Below the pieces are notes generated by a model. That model worked only from the letters and a program-made list of their open reading frames with translations, was not told the origin of the DNA and searched no databases. This document shows positions 50,191 through 58,857 of a DNA stretch of 64,000 nucleotides, piece after piece; the stretch's first letter is position 1, and every line of letters starts with the position of its first letter. The stretch spans positions 1 through 64,000 of the IMG/VR virus record IMGVR_UViG_3300026519_000009, one strand, 5' to 3'. The position numbers and the translations under genes were made by a program. The DNA comes from a virus.

Positions 50191-50240
50191 AACAGATTCT
50201 CCACTTGATATAATTATATATCAAGTGGAGAATCTGTTAT
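50189..50240 (-). promoter_or_regulatory. Perfect 24-bp stem-loop masking the spanin RBS and start
   Basis: ATAACAGATTCTCCACTTGATATA-atta-TATATCAAGTGGAGAATCTGTTAT. Confidence 0.75.
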
Positions 50241-50249
50241 TTTTTGAAT

Positions 50250-50324
50250 TTACTGTTGGCAACCCTAAATTTCCGAAATGCCACTTCCAAATTTGGTTTG
50301 CTGAATTGGAAGTGGTCGCGTCAT
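50250..50324 (+). mobile_element. Mini-element copy with a 10-bp insert at its left junction; supplies a TGA stop
   Basis: CCACTTCCAA...TTGGAAGTGG-TCGCGTCAT. Confidence 0.75.
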
Positions 50325-50524
50325 TTTCCTAGTTTTTGGTGGATATTCATAAGGTCTGATGAATTTTTTCGTGTAGAATGATATGTTCTATCCAGCTTTA
50401 CACCAGTTTTTTGAAGTTGCTTCTGCAACTGACGCATTACTTTTTCTATTTTCCTAATTTGATCAGCCTGTTTTGATATCAGTTCCGATTGTAGTTTTAG
50501 TTGTTGTTCGATATTAATTTTCAC
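50321..50524 (-). CDS. Small coiled-coil protein
   Basis: 67-aa ORF. Confidence 0.55.
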   Translation of the reverse strand: MKINIEQQLKLQSELISKQADQIRKIEKVMRQLQKQLQKTGVKLDRTYHSTRKNSSDLMNIHQKLGK

Positions 50525-50873
50525 TATAAAGTTCCCAAAAGTTGATTATAACGTAGCTATTCCATAGGACAACTATCATGTATATTATCGTTACCGCTAA
50601 CATAGTCCAAAACACAAGGGGTCGCTGACACAGTGCCCAGCGGCGATACGCGATGCCACATACCCAAGATAATCCAATTAGTTTGACTACCAATATAACC
50701 CAAATAGTATTGGTTATGTCCATCAGATATACTAAAACTGGGTTTACCTCACGGCCATCCATTTTCTCTAAAATAATATATGTTGTGACGAAATCCAATA
50801 AGTTAAGAACAACAATGGCACCTATCATTGCAATGATGCCAATGCGGAGTGTATTAGCAGACAACAACATCAA
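50514..50873 (-). CDS. DUF5658-like membrane protein
   Basis: LNLLDFVTTY...GREVNPVL; 3 TM. Confidence 0.65.
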   Translation of the reverse strand: MMLLSANTLRIGIIAMIGAIVVLNLLDFVTTYIILEKMDGREVNPVLVYLMDITNTIWVILVVKLIGLSWVCGIAYRRWALCQRPLVFWTMLAVTIIYMIVVLWNSYVIINFWELYSEN

Positions 50874-51337
50874 TGACCGGTGGGCATTAAAATATGATTT
50901 GTTAATACAATTGCAGTATCAATATCCGATACTACAAATGGACATGCTTCAAGCAACATTGGGTGTTCATGTATATTTCCATGCGGTTCCATAATCAATA
51001 CGATTGGAATATTTGCTTGTTTGGCCCACGCAATTTCCATTACAGTACCAATACTAACAGTAGTGGCGTTCAGTAAATTTACTAGAAGTAAGTCAGAACG
51101 ATGAACATCAAAATTGTCACGTGTATATATACCACGCTGGGTAGATAATGGCCAATCATTATTGTCATAAGAACCAACTATTTTGTCAAGCGTACCTAAG
51201 TATTCCTTACCACGTAATGGGGACACGCCGCTGATATGCGAATCTAAATTTTCAATAGCATACTGTCGCCAGTCAATAGATTCGTTGAACCCGAGTCCTG
51301 AAATGGGCCCGGCCAAGTATACAAAAAACGATTTCAT
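50870..51337 (-). CDS. Nucleoside 2-deoxyribosyltransferase-like protein
   Basis: VYLAGP, DVHRSD, SIGTVMEIAWA. Confidence 0.85.
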   Translation of the reverse strand: MKSFFVYLAGPISGLGFNESIDWRQYAIENLDSHISGVSPLRGKEYLGTLDKIVGSYDNNDWPLSTQRGIYTRDNFDVHRSDLLLVNLLNATTVSIGTVMEIAWAKQANIPIVLIMEPHGNIHEHPMLLEACPFVVSDIDTAIVLTNHILMPTGH

Positions 51338-51592
51338 TTTTGCCTCCAGTAATGATATTATATTAAAGCGTTATCCATCAATATCAGGAAGTTCAGCATT
51401 CTGTTTCACCAATTCGTCAAACACAATAGAAATCCGATTAGATAATGTAGTTTCCAAGGCGGATAATGACGTAAGTTCTGATAGTCGAACGGTTGCTTCA
51501 ATTAAGCTATCCATGATATATTCTCTCTAATATTATTGAAACATGACAATATCATGCGATAACGAATAAATCAAGCATTTTATCCAATTTGA

Positions 51593-51766
51593 CTAAATTT
51601 CGGATGGCTTTCCAAATATTCGTTCAACTGCATGTAAGAACTCCTTTTCGGGGTCTAATGCCCGTGCGAGCATCTCTTCTTGTTCGGGTGTTAATGGTTG
51701 GGTTTCGGTAAATCCCATGTCGGCTAAAACGGTGATAATCGCTGAATCTTGGTTTTCTGTCTTCAT
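51593..51766 (-). CDS. Small acidic protein (57 aa, not in ORF track)
   Basis: MKTENQDSAII...ERIFGKPSEI; GGATAAATA 5 nt upstream. Confidence 0.45.
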   Translation of the reverse strand: MKTENQDSAIITVLADMGFTETQPLTPEQEEMLARALDPEKEFLHAVERIFGKPSEI

Positions 51767-51778
51767 GTGTATATTTAT

Positions 51779-51842
51779 CCAAGTTGTCGGAATACCACCA
51801 AATTAGCAAGCTGAATTTTGAAGTGGTATTCTGGCAACTTGG
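51779..51842. mobile_element. Mini-element with two left ends
   Basis: TTTAT|CCAAGTTGTCGGAATACCAC...GTGGTATTCTGGCAACTTGG|ATAAA. Confidence 0.85.
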
Positions 51843-51844
51843 AT

Positions 51845-51882
51845 AAAAAAAGCAGTGATATACCGAAAAATATCACTGCTTT
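51845..51882 (-). terminator. Intrinsic terminator
   Basis: AAAAAAGCAGTGATAT...ATATCACTGCTTT. Confidence 0.7.
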
Positions 51883-51906
51883 GGTTTAAACAACCACCGG
51901 TTGTCG

Positions 51907-52173
51907 CTAGTCGGCGGAGGGAGAATCTTCTGCGTCAGCAGAAGATTCTCCCTCCGCACTAAGCTCTGCACGTACTTTATTGATAATTTGTTGCGAAAGT
52001 GTTTCTTTTGCCGCAATATATCGAGTCAATTCATCCCGTACCACCACTTCCTGCCGTTGCCAATCATTATACATTTCGACCAATCCTTGAATTTCTTCAC
52101 TCAGACTATCAACCGCATATGGCTTTTCATCAATTGTAAGTACCTTAATATCCACTACTTTTTGCATCTTCAA
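51907..52173 (-). CDS. Small acidic hypothetical protein
   Basis: GGAG RBS; terminator downstream. Confidence 0.6.
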   Translation of the reverse strand: MKMQKVVDIKVLTIDEKPYAVDSLSEEIQGLVEMYNDWQRQEVVVRDELTRYIAAKETLSQQIINKVRAELSAEGESSADAEDSPSAD

Positions 52174-52254
52174 TCTCCTAATATTATAATTATATATTCA
52201 ACGCTTTATTTTACCACTGTATTGCTACAAATATCAATCTTTTTTTTTCATTTA

Positions 52255-53574
52255 TTACACATTCGGTAACGTGTTAAACATATGGTCGGCATCCGACAAA
52301 TCAACACCAGGCGGTGCATCGGATGGTTTTTTCTTCTTAAAAATAAGTTGATCGGAGGCGGCTGTATCATCATCCACTATCCTTAAATATTTATTATCCC
52401 ATTTTAAATGAATATGATCACCAACACCATCGCTATTTCGTGTTTTTTGTAAAATAAATATAATTTTTTCCATTGCACGCATCTCATCCGTCATTATTAT
52501 TGAGAAATAAGTATCAGCGACCTGTATTTTACTAAGACCACCAGCAATTTGACTATGATTATGTGATGGTGCTTCAATTGCACTACGATTAAGTTGGGAA
52601 GCGGTTGCAATAAACATATCGTAATCTATACCAATTTGTCGTAACTGTTCGGAACATAATTTATCTTTTTGAAACACATTATCAGCGGATATTGCTTCAT
52701 TTGCCCCCATATTATCAAGATAATCAAGAACGATCATATCCGGTATTCGTTTGTTTCTTAACTCAAATTCTTTTAAATATGCACGAATATCATTGGCGCT
52801 AGTTTCGGTTGGCATCTGTACGATATCTAACGCCCCGATGTTTTTACCGGCCTTTGTTACCGTTTTGGTTATTTCATCTACATGTTCTTTCCAAACTTTC
52901 CTAGAAATACCGGTGTACATTGTGTCAAATCTACTGCCTATTACATCTTCTGATAATTCAAGTGATATGTATAAAACGTCAAGTCCTCTATTTACAAAAT
53001 TTAATGCTAAATTGGCCAAAGTAATAGACTTACCGCCACCGGAATTCGCGGAAACTAATAATAATTCTTTTCGTGAAATACCACCAAATAATGCATCATC
53101 CAGTTTAGACCATCCGGTCGGTGATGTCTGCGTGCCTATTAAATTTCGTTGTAGTCGTTCTTCTACGCTTGAAAAATATGATAATCCAAGATTTTTTGAC
53201 AGTGATATTTGTGACGCGGCTAACATTACGGCAGCTGCTTCTGCATGTTTCGCATCGTTAGTAATTAGTTCAACGGCAATAATTACTGCTTCTTCCATCG
53301 CTCGCTTTTGGCAAAACTCTTCTATTTCATCTGCACAATATGAAACTTGATCCGTTGTTATTTCATGCATTCGCAACAACATGCCAGTTTCCGCTTCAAT
53401 TTGTTTTGTATTAGGTGTAGTGGAATACTCATTAAAGTATTTAACTATAAACATAATGACCCTTTGATATTCAGGATCAAAGTAAGTTGCTTTGATTATC
53501 CCTTGACACATAGCATATGTGTCCGGTGATGAAATCAGCAATTCTATTAAGAATTTTTGTTTAGTATTATCCAT
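52255..53574 (-). CDS. Replicative DnaB-like helicase (T4 gp41-type)
   Basis: SANSGGGKS Walker A, ISLELSE, VLDYLD, TASQLNR, KTRN. Confidence 0.92.
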   Translation of the reverse strand: MDNTKQKFLIELLISSPDTYAMCQGIIKATYFDPEYQRVIMFIVKYFNEYSTTPNTKQIEAETGMLLRMHEITTDQVSYCADEIEEFCQKRAMEEAVIIAVELITNDAKHAEAAAVMLAASQISLSKNLGLSYFSSVEERLQRNLIGTQTSPTGWSKLDDALFGGISRKELLLVSANSGGGKSITLANLALNFVNRGLDVLYISLELSEDVIGSRFDTMYTGISRKVWKEHVDEITKTVTKAGKNIGALDIVQMPTETSANDIRAYLKEFELRNKRIPDMIVLDYLDNMGANEAISADNVFQKDKLCSEQLRQIGIDYDMFIATASQLNRSAIEAPSHNHSQIAGGLSKIQVADTYFSIIMTDEMRAMEKIIFILQKTRNSDGVGDHIHLKWDNKYLRIVDDDTAASDQLIFKKKKPSDAPPGVDLSDADHMFNTLPNV

Positions 53575-53591
53575 TTTTTATTATTTTTTAT

Positions 53592-53650
53592 CCAAGTTGC
53601 TGGAATACCACTTCCAAATCGGCGATCTGATTTGAAACCGACCACTTCAA
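53592..53650 (+). mobile_element. Palindromic mini-element copy
   Basis: TTTAT|CCAAGTTGCTGGAATACCACTTCCAAATC...CACTTCAA. Confidence 0.8.
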
Positions 53651-53653
53651 TTT

Positions 53654-54661
53654 CTAAATATTTCGTATAGCGGGATATATAGTTTTTATAGCTGCCTCAT
53701 CGATGAAAAATTCACCATTATCGTAAACCAGTGCAAATTGATTCATTGTTGGGGTTATATCAGTAACATCTACATATATACCGGTATCCTTATCTACCGT
53801 AGCAAAGGGTGGATTTGACATAAGCAACAACACCTCATTTTTCTCTATACTTCTGGTATTCGGCGGACTACCCGAACATTCGGTTATGGTATCATATGTA
53901 AACGTAGAACCATTACCAACAATATCATCTTGTATTGATTGATATATCCCTTGATAGCTCCGCACCGTATATATTTTACCCTTAATGACCACACTATCAA
54001 AATCACTCCATGGTGATACCGAATTAAGCAAGGATTCGCTTACATTTGAATACAGGTGCTGTTCCGTATTTCCCGTTGCGGTAGTAAAGGATACCATTAT
54101 TCCGACATTTGCGCAAGTGCCTATGGTAGGGACTCGCGTGGCGATAGTGATTTCGCCACCAATGGAAATTTGTCGGCGCGACCGTATGGAGGCTGATTCT
54201 ATAGTAGTGGAAGATAATATATCGGGGGGGGACTGTCTAGCCACAAGCTGTGCAACCCCAGACCATTGACGATCAAATACCAACATAATATTATTTGAAT
54301 CGACTATTATGACATCTGTCGGTGATATTTCAACCATATTATTAATATCCGTTTCTGTTGGTATATTAACAAATACCGAAATTGCGGGCGTGGTACCAAG
54401 ATTATGTGGAATAGTCCATGTGGAGCGTGCAATAACTTGTGTATGATCATATAAAACACGACGGGGAAGCCACTCGTCCAGTCCAAATACGGGGGTTGAT
54501 ACACCAGCTTGGGTAAAGTCGGACATTAAATCAATTTGATACAATGAACCACGACAACCATGCGTAATAGTACAACGATTTATATTTTCAATACCATCGA
54601 TGATACGAACGTATTCCTTTTCCCGTTTACACACATCGCATCTATATAAAACAACTGCCAT
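53654..54661 (-). CDS. Probable virion protein
   Basis: N-terminal Cys motif (CDVC...CTITHGC); WTIPHNLG module; GSPP. Confidence 0.6.
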   Translation of the reverse strand: MAVVLYRCDVCKREKEYVRIIDGIENINRCTITHGCRGSLYQIDLMSDFTQAGVSTPVFGLDEWLPRRVLYDHTQVIARSTWTIPHNLGTTPAISVFVNIPTETDINNMVEISPTDVIIVDSNNIMLVFDRQWSGVAQLVARQSPPDILSSTTIESASIRSRRQISIGGEITIATRVPTIGTCANVGIMVSFTTATGNTEQHLYSNVSESLLNSVSPWSDFDSVVIKGKIYTVRSYQGIYQSIQDDIVGNGSTFTYDTITECSGSPPNTRSIEKNEVLLLMSNPPFATVDKDTGIYVDVTDITPTMNQFALVYDNGEFFIDEAAIKTIYPAIRNI

Positions 54662-54672
54662 ATTTCCCCCAA

Positions 54673-54975
54673 TTACGCCAATACAATATCGGACACTTGC
54701 TGTAAATAAGCATCAATCATTGGCTGTGGAACTGTTGTTACTTCTGACATAATTGCGGTCTTTAACATTTTTACCGTAGTTTCCGTAGTAAACTCTGGAT
54801 TATTTGCACTTACCATAAATGGTAACATGCCCAATGATACAGAACCATCTGGCGACTGCTGCATAACCAATACCCTAGCCCTTTCAAGCATATAGTAAGT
54901 ACTATTATCTTCTACGAGAGTTGCAATTACTTCTTCACCGCTGATTGTTTTAAGTGCCAATACTGTTGTTGTCAT
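54673..54975 (-). CDS. Small phage protein, Sm-like fold candidate
   Basis: LKTISGEEVIATL...YLQQVSDI pattern common in T4-like phages. Confidence 0.55.
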   Translation of the reverse strand: MTTTVLALKTISGEEVIATLVEDNSTYYMLERARVLVMQQSPDGSVSLGMLPFMVSANNPEFTTETTVKMLKTAIMSEVTTVPQPMIDAYLQQVSDIVLA

Positions 54976-55016
54976 CCTTATCTCCTATTTATTATTATAA
55001 ACATATAATATCAATT

Positions 55017-55583
55017 CTAACTATTGGTTGTCAAGTGCGCATAGTTACTAATCGTGGTGACACGGAGCGCATAGTAATATGGTATCCCATATAATATTAT
55101 TTCAGCACCGCTGGATATTCCTTCGGATAGCTGTTCGGTTGAATAATTAAACCGCAATAAATCTTCAAATATCATCGTTCCGCTTGTTTCACCAAGCTTA
55201 TTGAATATTGATTCAAATATTGGTTCGTAACAGTTGGTTGAATCGTTAACCGCCTTGCTGTACATATATCGAAACCCATTGGGTGGAAACACATAAAACA
55301 ACTCATTTTCATTTTCATAAATATCTTCCACCCCACCAATGGCAAATACTGCTCGTTCTCTCAGGTTATACAGTTGTTCCTTAAATACTGAATTAAAAAC
55401 CTTACCGAATTTCGTCGTATTATTGTGCTTACGGACTTTGATTTTTTGAAAGTCATCGTGTGTATTGGGTAAGTACTTGAACAATGGCATACCATTTGCT
55501 TCCAATAAAAACTGGGAACAATTGGTTTTGATTCGACGAATGTTGCTAATTTCGTTTATTTGTAATAATGGTTGTACGCGCAT
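55017..55583 (-). CDS. Hypothetical protein (possible internal head protein)
   Basis: LQINE N-terminus; GGATAAATA 6 nt upstream. Confidence 0.55.
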   Translation of the reverse strand: MRVQPLLQINEISNIRRIKTNCSQFLLEANGMPLFKYLPNTHDDFQKIKVRKHNNTTKFGKVFNSVFKEQLYNLRERAVFAIGGVEDIYENENELFYVFPPNGFRYMYSKAVNDSTNCYEPIFESIFNKLGETSGTMIFEDLLRFNYSTEQLSEGISSGAEIILYGIPYYYALRVTTISNYAHLTTNS

Positions 55584-55596
55584 AAAACCTATTTAT

Positions 55597-55663
55597 CCAA
55601 GTTGCAGCAATACCACTTCCGATTTCAGCTTGCCGATTTGGAAATGGTATTGCTACAATTTGG
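55597..55663. mobile_element. Mini-element with two left ends
   Basis: TTTAT|CCAAGTTGCAGCAATACCA...TGGTATTGCTACAATTTGG. Confidence 0.8.
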
Positions 55664-55704
55664 GTAACTAACAATAGTCAATCAAACACTAATCCAGACA
55701 ACGA

Positions 55705-56166
55705 TCACTTCCAACGCAACTCACCACCAATATTTTTGGGCATCCCATCTAAAGATTTAAGATGATTATTCATACACAAGAACGTTCCTCCCACTGAGGT
55801 CGGCGCACCGTCTAATGTTATTAATTCATTATCATAGCAAAAAAAACTACCATTAACCTCATATGGTGAATATTCTAAGCTGGATAATAAGTTAAATGAA
55901 CAATTAAAACCACCTTCTACTTCGTGCGGGCTACCTTTTAATGATGTCAATTTGTTACCTGAGCAGTTAAAATCACCATACACCGTTCGAAATTGCACTG
56001 GGATTTCGGTCAAATAACGATGACAAATGTTTACGTTACCATTTACGATAACACTACCGTTATCGCAAATAATATAGTTTTTTATTTTCATATTTTCAAG
56101 CCAGCGCATAATATCGCACACTGGCTTGAAATCCGTTCCGGAGGTATCAGGCATGTTCATCATCAT
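55705..56166 (-). CDS. LRR-like solenoid repeat protein
   Basis: 22-aa repeats GDFNCSGNKLTSLKGSPHEV. Confidence 0.8.
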   Translation of the reverse strand: MMMNMPDTSGTDFKPVCDIMRWLENMKIKNYIICDNGSVIVNGNVNICHRYLTEIPVQFRTVYGDFNCSGNKLTSLKGSPHEVEGGFNCSFNLLSSLEYSPYEVNGSFFCYDNELITLDGAPTSVGGTFLCMNNHLKSLDGMPKNIGGELRWK

Positions 56167-57148
56167 GCTCTTTCATTCCCCCAAAGTGTCTGGATTCTGT
56201 CACAGATATATTATGCTTTTTGAAATATTTTCGAATATCAGCATGGTGTTTGGTAACAATGGTACTACCATGTTTACCCTTTACCTGCGTTGCCTTTCCG
56301 TTAACCAGCTCAATTGTTGCGATTGGGACCATTAGTTTATTCCGAGCACTGTAAATTTTTGCCTTGCCCTTTTCAATATCAGAACCATACGAAGCAACGC
56401 AATGTTTCATTAATGTACCTTCGACCTTAGCACTCTCCCGTGTCAGTAATTTTACAACTGTTATTGTTTCAAAATCATCATCTTCAACCGTAAAGTCTTT
56501 GCCTTCAACCAAGTTATCTATCATTTCTTGTGCCAGCGCAGCGTCAACTATTTCGGATTGTTGCACCGTGTATTCGTGCCATGCTATTGACCGCTTTAGC
56601 GCTTCCGGGAAATGTAGTTTTGATATATCACGAACTTGAAAGGCTAATGGACAAATAACACTTTCCTCATATCCCGCCTGTGCGTTTGCTAATAAAAAAT
56701 CATGCACGTTACTGATGACATTTGTTAGTTTTAATATTCTGAACATTCGTCCTGCTGAAAACACAACAACATCATCAATCGCTTCTTGTGCAAATTCAGG
56801 AAATAATGCCAAAGCGGTTTGCATTGAAATGTTGTTGCTTTTTGTTGAAACTAATGTGGTCAGATATTCCTTTAATGGGACAAAAAACATTTCTTGAAAT
56901 TTTTCAGGGTTCATCATGTCATTCGTGATATCAATTGCACCACGTCTGACCCAATTATAAAAATTGTGTTTAAACCAATATCGTACATCATCAGTTGTTC
57001 GAGAATTACAAATTTTATTGTCAATAAAGCGTTCTATAATATGTTGACACGTATTGATATGGTCGATTTCAATGCCATCGTTATTTGCTATTGTGATTTT
57101 TACATTACCAGAATTGACAATATTCGGACATTTTTTCATAGCTTTCAT
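56147..57148 (-). CDS. PcfJ-domain protein
   Basis: EGTLMKHCVASY...IYSAR...ATIEL...QVKGK. Confidence 0.8.
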   Translation of the reverse strand: MKAMKKCPNIVNSGNVKITIANNDGIEIDHINTCQHIIERFIDNKICNSRTTDDVRYWFKHNFYNWVRRGAIDITNDMMNPEKFQEMFFVPLKEYLTTLVSTKSNNISMQTALALFPEFAQEAIDDVVVFSAGRMFRILKLTNVISNVHDFLLANAQAGYEESVICPLAFQVRDISKLHFPEALKRSIAWHEYTVQQSEIVDAALAQEMIDNLVEGKDFTVEDDDFETITVVKLLTRESAKVEGTLMKHCVASYGSDIEKGKAKIYSARNKLMVPIATIELVNGKATQVKGKHGSTIVTKHHADIRKYFKKHNISVTESRHFGGMKEHDDEHA

Positions 57149-57177
57149 AGATACATTCCATAAGTAGTTGAATTAAA

Positions 57178-57519
57178 TTGAAGTGACCACCATCAAATCA
57201 GCGAGCTGTGTTTGGTGGTGGATTCGCACAACGGTCGCCCATTGTGTTTTCTGCATTTCCACAGACCCCTGCTAGTAGCGCTTGGTTTCCCAAGCTGAGA
57301 ATGTTCGTTGCTACATTTACATTGCAATCATGCATTGTTTCACACCCGGAGCATGTACATTCTCTTATTCCAAGACCTGAACTACCTTACTGATAATAAC
57401 ATAGTTAAATGTCAAGTCAAGAATTAAATTCACTTAATCATTGTGTGTTTAATATGTTGCCTGTCCAACCACCATCAAATCAGCACGATGATTTGATGGT
57501 GGTTGGACAGGCAACTTGG
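57178..57519 (-). mobile_element. Deleted IS200/IS605 element retaining promoter region, tnpB 3' end and both hairpins
   Basis: Reverse-complement similarity to 3063-3723; TTGAA at 57178; AACTTGG|ATAAA at 57519. Confidence 0.88.
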
Positions 57520-57880
57520 ATAAATATTCAATAACAGCCTCTTCGTCTATTGTTAGTGATCCACTTGCATTGGCGCGGCGCAACGTAGTTTCAAAGGTCA
57601 TTATCATTTCTTTTGAGTTTATATATTCTAATATGATTTCACACGCGGCGCGTGTGAAATCATATTGTGAATTGTCCTCATCATGTTTGTAGTCAATTGC
57701 CAACGCCGCCATAAACATGATATTTTGTACCACTGGCACCGTGGTTGGCATTAAAGTGAACCATCCAGGATCATTTTTAATAAAATTGGTGTATAAAATT
57801 TTATCATCATCCGTTAATGGCACGCAGCTTGACATTTGTTTAACAAATCGTTCTTCATATGTTTTTTGCAATGCAGTCAT
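57449..57880 (-). CDS. Hypothetical protein with element-derived C-terminal extension
   Basis: Reads through the left end (EYL|SKLP...); excision gives EYLF*. Confidence 0.6.
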   Translation of the reverse strand: MTALQKTYEERFVKQMSSCVPLTDDDKILYTNFIKNDPGWFTLMPTTVPVVQNIMFMAALAIDYKHDEDNSQYDFTRAACEIILEYINSKEMIMTFETTLRRANASGSLTIDEEAVIEYLSKLPVQPPSNHRADLMVVGQATY

Positions 57881-57888
57881 ATTATATC

Positions 57889-57999
57889 CGATAGTTGCAT
57901 TTTGAATATGAATATATTGTAAACTATTACAATATATTATTCAATGGTTTTGGACTATATATTTCACTTGTTCTACTAGATTCCAATAAAATCCATTAT
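57889..57999 (-). repeat. Second copy of the 3' end region of the 2657-3038 tnpB remnant
   Basis: ATAATGGATTTTATTGGAATCTAGTAGA...CATTGAATAATATATTGTAAT...TTCAAAATG.AACTATC shared with 2918-3038. Confidence 0.8.
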
Positions 58000-58059
58000 C
58001 CAAGTTGCCGAAATACCACTACCAAATCAGCAAGCTGAATTTGGAAATGGTCGCTTCAA
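58000..58059 (+). mobile_element. Palindromic mini-element copy (near consensus)
   Basis: ATTAT|CCAAGTTGCCGAAATACCAC...TGGTCGCTTCAA. Confidence 0.88.
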
Positions 58060-58069
58060 TATGTCAATA

Positions 58070-58846
58070 TTAATGTTTTGGTTGCCAACGTTCTAAATAC
58101 TGCCCGATATCGAATAACACCGAATTTACATTGTGAAATAACCAACTGTTGTTATTGGGTTGGCGTGACCCATGTTGGTCTAATGCACCGAACACGGCTG
58201 TGCTTTGTTCAGCATCCCATATATACCATTGCACTATTTCTAGGTTCCGTTCGGTTATTATTTTATGTAGTTCAGTCTGACCGGTTTTATGAATAAAGAC
58301 CCCTATTATATTGGGCGAACTAGATTTCATTCTATATAAAATGAATATGGGCGTGATTTCCTTAGCCGCGTTGATTTTAGATTGCACGGTTTTGCCCAAA
58401 AAACCGGGCCAACCACCATTTTTCGTAAAATCACGATAGCCACGAATTGGATTTCTTGGTATCCCTTCGGGTATGTTACCCTTGTCAAATTCTATTTTGA
58501 ATTCTTCGATTGTTTTTAGGCCAAGTTTATGTATTAAGGCCACCGCATCCCAATATGGCATTCGCTTGGCGCGTGTAACCGCGTGTGGCGCGTCCGCTGA
58601 GAATATGTTGTTGGTATCTAAAAACGTATTCCAGTTATCCCATTCTATATAAACCTCACTTGGATTTGCAGGCATTCCACCCGGTTTATAGTTACGTATC
58701 CATGTCCGGTATTGGCGGTATGATTTAATGCCTACCCGTCTTGCATATTGCGCAGCAAGGTCATATGGCATCCACCTCCAGTCTTTTGGTTTGCTATTTT
58801 CCAATGCTTTGGGAAGATATGTGCGTGATTTGCGTTTTTTAACCAT
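58070..58846 (-). CDS. Protein with two 'phage-integrase repeat'-like DNA-binding units
   Basis: MPY..A...R..GIKS...PANP..VY..W..W..FL repeated twice. Confidence 0.6.
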   Translation of the reverse strand: MVKKRKSRTYLPKALENSKPKDWRWMPYDLAAQYARRVGIKSYRQYRTWIRNYKPGGMPANPSEVYIEWDNWNTFLDTNNIFSADAPHAVTRAKRMPYWDAVALIHKLGLKTIEEFKIEFDKGNIPEGIPRNPIRGYRDFTKNGGWPGFLGKTVQSKINAAKEITPIFILYRMKSSSPNIIGVFIHKTGQTELHKIITERNLEIVQWYIWDAEQSTAVFGALDQHGSRQPNNNSWLFHNVNSVLFDIGQYLERWQPKH

Positions 58847-58857
58847 ATAATTACCAA

